A DNA stretch of 62,131 nucleotides, counting the filler, from Sluysia triapertura (Eukaryota): the NCBI GenBank assembly GCA_046118255.1. It is 5 parts of 5 records of this genome, joined end to end, with 100 filler letters (N's around TTAATTAATTAA, not from the genome) between each part and the next. Parts side by side here need not be neighbours in the genome. Positions count along the whole stretch, not along the records: positions 50,010 to 62,131 come from JBJNIA010137618.1; 4 more parts are not named here. One strand, 5' to 3'. A model generated the notes under the pieces. It saw only the letters and a program-made list of their open reading frames with translations, was not told the DNA's origin and made no database searches. The position numbers and the translations under genes are program-made. Of the stretch, positions 51,365 through 62,131 are shown piece by piece. Every line of letters begins with the position of its first letter. Within the stretch, counting starts at the first letter, position 1.

Positions 51365-54300
51365 GTTTATTCTATGTTTGAATAATTTAAAGTAGAATAA
51401 AGCAAAAGTTTAACGTCAGTCCACCAACGTACTGGGCTTACCAGTTAGGGCCAGCATTGGATTTTGTAGATAAAAGTAAAAGGTAAAGAGAATTGTAGCG
51501 TTAGTTAAAAATCTTCTTTATTTGATTTTATTATTATTATTATTGTTGTGTTGTTTTTTCGAATCTTTTAGAACGTCTGGAGGTGTATAAAAGTATAAAA
51601 TAATTTAAAAGATATTTTACGGAGTTAGAATTAAAATCTATCTAGGGAAATCGTTCGTAGTAGCGATTTTATATTTAAGACTATTTAATTTAATAATGAA
51701 AACAATAGTTTTATGGAAATTTTTATTAAAGTTTTTATAAAAATGAAATAACTTTTACAAATTTAAATAATAATAATAATGATAAAATTTATAAAGGAAT
51801 TATTCTGCATAATTCTTATCTCAACAATATCTTATCAAGAATATTCACGCAGATCTATTATAAGATCCAAAATAATTATTAAATAATTTAAGTCGATTTT
51901 GCGGCAATATTTCTAGTATATCTAAACTTATTAAAAATAAACTAACACAAAAATTGTTATAAAAATTATTGTGCTAAAAGTTATTGTGTCAAAAATTGAA
52001 CTATCAATTTGTGTGATGAAAATTGTGGTTATTTATAATTGTTTTAGTCTGACCTTGGCCAGACTGAAACAAATTATTTTATTTAATACATTCAAACAAA
52101 TTAATTAAAAATTATTTCATTAAAATTAAAATTATTTATATTTAATCAATAATATAAGAATTAAATATAGTCAATAAGGCTACGTAAAGGGTTCTCAAGT
52201 ACTTGATGCAAATAACAAGCTTTCTCTAAATTTTAATTACGTCTCTTAAATAAAAAATCTATTCCTTAATTGTTATAACGTTTAATTTATAACTAAATAA
52301 CAAATCTATACCTTAATTTTAATTTATATTTATTGTATTTTAATTCTACACAACGAATTAATATCTAACTTGTATTATTTTTAATTAGGTTAGTATTTCA
52401 AATCGACAAAGAAAAATCCTTTAAAACGAACAAATTTATTATAAACAAAATTAGAAAGTTTATACAGAAATGATAATGTATATATAAATAATAAAGCGAT
52501 TGATTTTAATAATGATTTTAACTCAGGCGAATGTTTGAGTGAAGTAATAATTAGTTTAAGTAGATTTTAATACAAAGATTATCAATGTATAGCCTAACAA
52601 AAATTAGCTTCAGTATTTTTCATTTAATTTTTCTAAAAAATGAGAAATATAGAAATTATGATCCGCTCGATGAAAATCCACTTATTGTTGATACGTTGTC
52701 TAAGTATTTCCACGAAATAAATTGATTACCAACGTCTTCTATTAAAAATCCTAATCTCTTCAAAATTAATTTATAATATTTTTGTGCGTCTCTTACACTA
52801 GATTTATTCCTTTTTATAGTTTTCGTAGTGCTTTTAAATAGGTTAATATTTTCTTACGAAATAAACAATTAATCAAAATGTTTTCGATAAACGATTAATT
52901 AATTTACGATGTTTTCTCATGAAACAGAATGATTGACATTAATAATATAAATAAATTAATATGAATTGAACACAGATACGAATTGAAAATAATGTAAATA
53001 TTTATCGTATTAGTAATATAAATTAATTTTCACATTAATAATATAAATTAATGTTTATTCTAAACGATAATTGATTAAACTTTTAAAATTTATTATGCTC
53101 TTTAAAATATTTTTTTATTTAAAATTAATTAATTTTCTATTTTCAATTTTCAAATTTTCTATTAATAATATTTTCATACAATATATTTAACAATTTTTTT
53201 ACATTATTTACAAACTAGACGAGTATGGTATAGTTTTAAAAATGGTTTAAGCTTGCCGAGTGTGGTCTAGAGTTTCAGATAAAAATAATTTAATGAATTT
53301 AGACGTTAAACTAGCCTTCTTAAAGTCCAGCAAACTGGTTAAGAATTTATAAGCATAAAACTAAAAAAATTAATTAATTAAATGTAATAAATAAACGCAA
53401 AAAAAGAATTATAATAAAAATAAGATTTTTGTTAATATTTTTTAGGACTATAATATTTTAATTTTACAACTTAAGCTAGCCACATTAAGGTCTAGCGTGA
53501 TACTGTAATTAGTTTAAGTAATAATTTAGTTCTTAATTATAATAAGAACAGAACTTGACAAAACAAGCTTATTGTTTCATAACATGAATTTTCTTTTGTC
53601 CGTTGGATGATAGTATTTTTCTTATGGTTTTTTGATGTAAAATTCCACTTATTTATATATAAAATTTCTCAGCAAATAACCATATTGAATTGATTTGAAT
53701 AAACAAAAATTGTTAACATTTAACTTAATATTTAATTTTTATTTAATTAATATTTAATGTTTAAAAATTAAAATTGTTTTTTAACATTTAATTTAATATT
53801 TAATGTTTTAAAATTATTTATTAATAAAAAACATTAAAAAATACAACAAATTAGGAATAATAAATACGTAACTCCAAACTCCAACATTATTATTAATTAA
53901 AAGAAGTATCTAGCTATACCTTCCTCTTAGTATGCTTGTTTAAAATATTATTTTTATTTTTACTTTATTAATGTTTGCATTACCACCCAATCACAAACTC
54001 GGTTTAAAGAGTCGTTAAATCCAAAGGATTATTTTTAAAAATTATCAAACAATAAAATGCATAAAGTCTAATTTTATTTTTTTGAAGTCATTTTTAGTCA
54101 AAATCTCCGTTTATCGAAGTCTTATTTCAAATTGAAACGAAACATCAAGATAAGCATTATTTTTACAATTAATATCAACATATATTTAGTTATTATAAAT
54201 AACCCATTATAAAAGTTATATAAGTTAAGCCGTTATTATTAAAACATTGAATATTTTCTAAACTACTGATTACTACATTTAAGACAATTTTAAGTAAGCC

Positions 54301-55217
54301 AAAAATACTTCTTTATGCGATTATTACTTTATAAAATCCGGTTGACAATTCATTTTGTAAGCCTCGATCACAAGCGAACTCAACAATTTACGTTCGTAGG
54401 TTTCTTAATTTAATATAATTTTAAAGAACTTATTCATGGTAATTATAGAATGAGTACTAGTTTCTGTTATACTTAATCGTAATAAAAAAGATGAAATTAA
54501 TAACCACAAAAACGTGTATTTATGTATTAAAGAATTTTTTGATTTTTGTATTTTATTCCTTTCACAACTGATAGCTGGAAAGTCCCAACACAAAGATACA
54601 ACACCATCATTACAACATTGCTATTACTGTAATTTGTTTACAGCACAAATGATACTCGTTTCTTAAAGTATCTCATCGCTAAATGTTGTGTTCACAAATC
54701 CAAGAACTATAATTTTATTCCCATCACCTTTGCATTTACATGATGTCCAAAATGGAGATCGATAATAAAAATTATTTTAAGAAACAATAAAAAAGATAAT
54801 AATCATAGTAATAATAATAGATGATCACACTTTACCAAACATCTAATATGTTTTACGATTATATATATAAACTTTAAAATAACCAAATAAACCTAATCCG
54901 TAATATTATTATATTATAAAATATGAAAATAAATATCATATAAATAAAAATAAATTTTGTTTAAATAAACTGATTTTTAAATCATATCCAATCCAAATTA
55001 ATTAAATAAGTTACTAATAAAAGAATAGAATTAATTAAATAGGACAAACTAGATATCAGATTTAGAACAATTTTTCAGTTAATTTAGAAAATGTCTATTT
55101 ATAAAAAAAAGTATTAAAAAACCAAAAAAAATAAAATAACTGTACTTTTAATAATAAATTAGTAGGAAAATAAAACTAAAAATAGAATGTTATAGTAGAA
55201 ATATTACTATTTTTATA

Positions 55218-55319
55218 TTACATTTTGAATGAATTTCTCATCATTAAGTCGAAATAGCTATCTGTATCAATTGAAGCGCTTATTGAACTATAGTAATCCA
55301 AAAATTCATCCCAAGTGAC
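55218..55319 (-). CDS. CAPSL: Calcyphosin-like EF-hand protein, terminal exon
   Basis: ttttag|[33 protein letters not shown] matches CAPS/CAPSL VT.EEF.NYY.GVSASIDTD.YF..MMR.AWKL. Confidence 0.9.
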   Translation of the reverse strand, partial: VTWDEFLDYYSSISASIDTDSYFDLMMRNSFKM

Positions 55320-55419
55320 CTAAAAAATTATTAAAATATTAATTAAATAATTTCGAATATAATTATTATTTTATACATTGTTACTCTATTAAAACAAATT
55401 CATTGTTAAAATTATATCA

Positions 55420-56063
55420 GAATTTAATTAAAATGTTTAACAAAGTAGAAATATGAATTATGAATCTATCTGAACATAATTTGACTAGTTTCAATGAATT
55501 TATGAACCACATTTGACATTGACTTTGAGTTTAATAAAACACAATAAATTATACAAACTTTTTTCTGCATTTTGGATCTTTTCTGTCTTTACAAGATACG
55601 AAATTCGGCAAATATTTCATTTATGAACTTCAAGAAAGAACCAATTAGAAACGTTTTCAAAAAAGTTTGGCAGCCGAAGAGAAATACTGAGAGGAAGACC
55701 AACTTCTGAAAGTCATTTTAGATTGGCTTTACCGAAAACTCTCAAAAAGTTTGTATTGTATGAAGTGAAAGTAAAAAGGAAAAAGAAGACTAGATATATG
55801 TGTAATGATCGTAATGTTGGGTTATGTTTTCCCGACTGAATCTATATATATACCATACGAATAAAAATTGAATTTTGGACACTTTTTAGACACTTTCAAA
55901 AAATTGATTTTTAGGAAAAGCCCGTCCCAAAACAGTGAACTATGGAGCTTTCCACTCTTAATTAGTCAGATGAAGAACTATAGATTGAATACTAAAGTGC
56001 AAATAATACAAATTAACAAAGTAAATGTAAATATGGCCATAGTAATATAGCCATAGGAATTAA
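55420..56063 (+). mobile_element. Decayed piggyBac transposase C-terminus (in the CAPSL intron)
   Basis: K.YKLFLHF, FMNFKKE, and Cys-rich tail KTRYMCNDRNVGLCFPD*IYIYHT. Ends at ...ggaa|ttaa. Confidence 0.7.
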
Positions 56064-56936
56064 CTATTATAGAATGTATAATATGTAATAATATTGTAAG
56101 TATATATTTAATTTTAGAGTAAATTTGGTCATGCATTGAAATTATCTATTGAGATAAATTGATTGTAGAGAAACTATTATTCAATAATTTTGAAAACGGT
56201 ATTGGCCAAAGTCTAATGTAAATAAATTACTATAAAAAAGATCGTTTTCACTGTAAAATCACACAGAAATTAACACAATTTTTCTTCACATTTTATTGGA
56301 GTTTCGGTAAATTTCGTTATTAATTGGAATACATTATTGAAGATTTTGTCATTAATTACGAATAATTTCGAAGATTCGAAATATAATTTATAATTTAATA
56401 TAAATAAATTATAAGGATTATTTTATGTAGCCTTGTTAAACAGTTGTTAATTTTTATATTTGTTTTGCCTGAGATGTTTTTAATTAAACGATTTGAGGAA
56501 TTTTAATTCGTAACTTTAAAAAATTCGCACTTCCATTTCTAATGACAGATATGAGTTAAATTCATAACTTTAGGTATAACAATAATTTATATTGAGAACT
56601 TAAAGTAATTCGATATTATTTCAGTTTTATAAAAGTTTAGATTTTCATAAAGTTTAGGAGTAATTTTTAAATTTTATAAAAACCACTAATTATTGACAAA
56701 CACTGCTTATTTTAAAATAATAAAATAAAATTTATTACAAAAGGTTTATAAAAAACTGCTAACAATGCGTATTAATAAATAAAGAGATAAATATAAAATG
56801 TTTTATTACTTATGTTAGAAAACAAACACCGTCATAGAAATTACTTCTTATTTTTTTGTATGGAATATTGTATATTGTAATTGAGACGAATAACAATATG
56901 TATACAATAGTAATAGTAATAGTAATAAATTGTTTA

Positions 56937-57164
<228 letters not shown>

Positions 57165-60100
57165 TTATTTTTAATTATCGCAATTTTATACTTTAATTAA
57201 TTTTGCTTCATAAAATGCAGAATGTATATGAATATAAATATTGATTTATTATTTAATAATTTTAATTCACTATGAATTATTAATTCCAAAGTAATCTATT
57301 GTTTACCTTGACCTATTTCAAATACATTTTGCATCTTATAACTCTAGTTAACTTTTTAAATATAAGAATATAATTAGTTAAACAATATAAGAGTATGTTT
57401 AACAAAAATAAAGCATTTGCGCTTTAAAGTACAAGAAATACCTCCAAGTGATAGCATAAAGTAACATCCTTTGATGAAATTATAATATTTACAAATCAAT
57501 ACTTTCACTTAATAATCAAAATAGAATAAACCGAAAATGACCCTACAACGCAATACAAAGTAAAATAATTTTATCAGTATAAAAGTACAAAATAGTACAA
57601 ATATTGAATGAATAACATTTTATTTATGTAATCTAAATAACTTTTAATAAATATCACATGAAAAATTCAATATTAGTAAATACGGGTTTGTATTGTTTAC
57701 GTATATTTTTCGAAATAATTTTTAGATAAGTTTAGATTGAAATACATTTTTCAAACAACCTGAGTGTGCGTAAAAGTAAAGTAAATTAACGTAAAATAAA
57801 TGAAGTTTTCTTTATGGGAGGATAACGTTTGCGAAGTCAATATAATATTAGTAATAATAATAATAATAATGCACAATATGATCAATATTGATTAATCAAA
57901 AAATTCAGGTATTATATGGAACTATTTACACGATGTGCTGTAAATTATGAAACATTTGAATTTTGAATGAAAAACTGAAATTAAGAATTAAAAACTTAAT
58001 TTTTGTCATTTTATTTTATTTTTAAAGTTTGTTAAATTAAATAATACATTTTTATTTTAATTAATACCATTCTAACTATTATAATTATTATTATAATTTT
58101 ATTGTTTATTAATATTATGCATATCATTACTATAATTCGTATTATTAATTATTATTATGATTACTACTGTTGTAGCAGCTGCCGAGTTTTTTAAACTCTT
58201 GAGACTTAAAATCAAAATAAATCATTTAAAACATTAATTATAATTACTCTCATTATTAATTAAATATTATTATACATATTAATAGTAAAATTATTATTAA
58301 AATTATAATTTGACAACAATTTTAAACACATTATCATTGATTATTAAATTATTATTATTATTTGATTTTAAAAGTATTTTTTCAAGAAATTTACGTTCCT
58401 TATTGTCCAAATTAGAGTGATCTCATTATTCAAAAGAGCTAAACAAATTTAAATCTTCAAACGTTTTAAAATATATCTTTTTTTCCTTTGAGACACTAAA
58501 TGTTGTTACTGTATTAAATTTGTCAATAACATTGTTCCTATTTTTGTGTTATCACTTCTATTATTAGCATATTATTTTATTATTATACCGAACTTAATCG
58601 AATTCATTATTTATGAAAATACTTCTTACATAAATTAAATAATCTAAGTTTAGTCATATTTTTCGGACAAAAAGCAAAAAATAAATCTTATTATATTATT
58701 GTAATAATACTCATTTTAACTTTAAATTAAATTTTCGAATTCCTATTAATTTTAGTCAAAATTTCATTTTTAGATTTCTACTTTTAAATTCATTTTTAAT
58801 TTTCATAAATTTAAAGTTATTTATTTTCAAAATAAAATTAAAATTATTATTACTGAGACTGTAATATTTTTAAAATGAGATTACATAGAATTAATATAAA
58901 TTTAAAATTTAGTACCAGAAAACAATCAATTTTAAATTGAAATTGTATAGAAAAACATTTTAGAGTGAGATACAATAAAGACAATATGTAATTAAAAATT
59001 ATAAACATCAAACCTTATTATTATATTCAATAAATTATTTTAAAATAAGAAGTAATAACAATAATATGAAATCAAACTTTAAGAGCATAAAATCTTAAAA
59101 CATGATTCAAAATATGATACATAAGATAAAATCATATTAAATTGAGATTAAATAGAATCAGATGCAATCAAAAATTAATAACATTTTATTCGATCAAAAT
59201 TAACTTAAAATAAAGATTTTTTGGAACAAAAAATTGTAGTTATGTAAAAAATTATATTATAAATTAATATTGTATAATTTAATAATATGGTTGTAGATAA
59301 GATAAGCGTTAATAGCTAAAATAGTTATACAAAAATTATAAACTAACGAATTACTACAATATAAATTAACTACTATAATATATTATTAATTGTACATATT
59401 ACAAATTAATTATTATTGTATATTATTAATTACAAACTAAAATTTTACTATTATAAATAAAAAATTAATTACAATTGCACATATTAAAATTTAATAGTAA
59501 CAAAATTTTGTAAATATTACTGTCATTTGACAAAAAGGACACAAAAACGTGGTTTTACAAAATTTATTTAAAGTTTTAAAAGGTTGATCCATTATTGATA
59601 ATTGAATATTACATAAGTTGATCTGTTACTGATAATCAAATTTTTTATTTTTACACAGGATTTTAAATTAGTAAGTGACTTTTTGTCGCAACATAAAAAT
59701 TAATAAAATAAATTTTCAATTAAATTTTGTTAATATTAAATAAAAATTAAAATTACATATTATTATTGCATTCTTATAAGTAAAACTGTTGTAAATTATT
59801 GTTTTTTAAAATAGATTTTGTGTTTTATTTTTCTAAGGGATTGAAAATAGAGTTGTTAATGAGATTAGAATTAGATAAATATTATAAAAGAAAACGTTTT
59901 AAAGGTTTTCAGAAAGCGTATTGAAGAGTTTAAAGTTGAATTAAAGTTTTTATAAAGCACCTTGAACGAATTTAGTTTTGTAAAATAAAATAAAGTTTCT
60001 TTGAATAATATTAAATAAATAAACTTTAAAGAATTAAAACTTTTGTTAAGCACTCCTACCTCGAATAACTGAGCCGAGTATTAGAATTCATACTTCCAGA

Positions 60101-61113
60101 TAAGATAAATATAATAGACAAAAGATAGATATTATTTTCAGAATTAGTTAATAGAGGAAATTTACAATAATAAAAGATTGTATCTTCATATAAGTTTAAG
60201 TAATAATATAAAGTGAAAATATTATTAAAAATTTAGATTATTACCAGAGACTAAGAGTTCATTTCATCTCAAAATTTTTACTAACCTTAAAGTTCAGTTT
60301 TACGATTTATTTTTTTATTTGAAATAGAGATTAAATTAGTCTGAAAATAAAATACAACCTGATTTTCAATTATCCTGATTCGAAAATATCCTTATTAGAT
60401 GATATGCAGATTCTAAACATTTAGTTCTCCAAAAAATTATTTCAAAGAACAAATTCAAGTAGAACTCGAATACGATCAATAAATATTAAAATTATAAAAA
60501 TACAAATAAGATGTGAACTAATTAAATAATAATTATTCAACTATATAACACAAGTTTCAGCCACTCTATATCCTATTGTTCTGTTATAAAGTCTATAATT
60601 TTATGTGGACCTTCATATCACATGTTACGATTTATTAAACCAATACAAAATCACCGATTTTGAAATTTCTAAGTGTTTATAGGATTTCGATGGTTTTAAT
60701 GCATTTTCCCATCTTTCTTTATTATTAAAAATATTAAAATTATCAAAATCTATATTTAGAAACTTGAGACCTATCTTTAATTTATTCCGGAAATATATTC
60801 CAAGAGTATAGTCAGGTTTTATTTTTTTTGAATACAATTTCTAAATCTCATTTATCCAATGATTTCACAACAGCTAAACTTAATGATCAATTTAAATTTA
60901 AATAGGATATTAAAATGATTAAATGAGCAACCAAAATTTCCGGGTTAAAAATCAATTTTGTTTCGTAATTATTAAAGTTACGAATTAAAATTCAATTATT
61001 GTTTCAAATAAATAATTTAATTCTTCCTCTGTACATCGATATTTAAGATTTCTCTTCTTGGTGGATAGTCTTTTTGTGGTGAGTCAAAACCAAAAATTAC
61101 CAATTCACACACT

Positions 61114-61220
61114 GTTAATCATTCTCACAACATCAACAATTCATAGTTAATCATTCTCACAACATCAACAATTCATAGTTAATCATTCTCACAACATCAA
61201 CAATTCATAGTTAATCATTC
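61114..61220. repeat. 32-bp perfect tandem minisatellite (3.3 copies)
   Basis: gttaatcattctcacaacatcaacaattcata x3 plus 11 nt, with no spacers. Confidence 0.95.
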
Positions 61221-62062
61221 GTCATTTTATTTTCATAAATCAATCTAAAATAAAATATAAACTTAATTAAAGAATAAATACTTTTACAATTACTTTATTA
61301 TTAATATCATTATTGTTTTTGTTTTGTCATCGTTATTATCATTTTTTATTATTTTTTTGTAACTTTTTTACTAATGTTTTTTATGATTATGCAAACTATA
61401 CATTAAGAAACATTTTTAGTGTTATTCTATATATTAATTAGTAATATAAAAATATTATTTTTCAGTTCAGGGAACATTGATTTTTCATTGAGTTTTAAAA
61501 CAAAAGATTTCATATGTTTTGAATACTATTATAACTTATGTAGTATTATGTACATAAATTATGAAATCAATCTTAAAATATTTATAAATGATTTGTTTTG
61601 CTTCTATAATTAAACTGATAATGAACTAAAAATAATTTATTTTGAATTTTTTTTAAACTGTATAATACATTTTATCTTAACTTTATATTTTTATTCTATT
61701 AAGATTTTTAAAATTAGATTATTTTATCACTTTTTAATATCATACTTTTGTTAAATATGAACTCATGTTAATCCTTTTGAGTGTTAATATTATTTAGTGG
61801 AAGTATGATTGACGATTTATCAAAGCTTTGTTTGAATAATCAAATGATATTGAATCGTGATACTAATATGAAAAATGTTAATAAAAATAATTTAAGTTTA
61901 AGGTGTATATTAATGTGCAAGAATTTCGAATTCCAAAAGCTCGTTTACAAAACTTATAACAATTGGTATTACCTCTTTATCAAACTATTGTTTTGATCAG
62001 ATCGCAGAAATTCAAAGACAATTTCAATTTGAATTGTAAAGTTAGCTTATATTAATTATTAC

Positions 62063-62131
<69 letters not shown>

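Noticed and set aside
52039-52072. Hairpin ttgttttagtctg..cagactgaaacaa as a hammerhead ribozyme
   Set aside because: GAAAC is present but there is no CUGANGA core on either strand.
61114-61220. 32-bp repeats as a CRISPR array
   Set aside because: Head-to-tail with no spacers, eukaryotic context, no cas genes.

Overview
This is very AT-rich eukaryotic (metazoan) genomic DNA; a planarian/flatworm origin is plausible but is only inference. It is five unrelated ~12-kb contigs joined by an artificial 100-nt linker (N44-TTAATTAATTAA-N44), so adjacency across the linkers means nothing. Recognisable spliced host exons belong to 6-phosphofructokinase (2 exons), arfaptin (last exon), CLN6 (last exon), BTBD1/2-like (internal exon) and calcyphosin-like (last 2 exons). 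They sit among many decayed transposons (L2/CR1 LINEs, Tc1/Tc3, mariner, maT-like, pogo, hAT MITE, piggyBac, Ty3/gypsy pieces) and (AAT)n microsatellites. The most striking feature is a repeated cassette seen at least three times: (TTA)n-rich tract, then stem-loop 1, ~40 nt, stem-loop 2 built on inverted CCAA(T/C)CAG boxes, 120-170 nt, then the ATG of a strongly diverged copy of a host regulatory gene. The three cargoes are unrelated: a PLEKHM1-type RUN domain fused to a CCCH zinc finger, cyclin C, and a probable Rb/p107/p130-like protein. This suggests a gene-capturing mobile element family with a structured promoter. All protein assignments were made by eye from remembered family motifs; no database searches were run.
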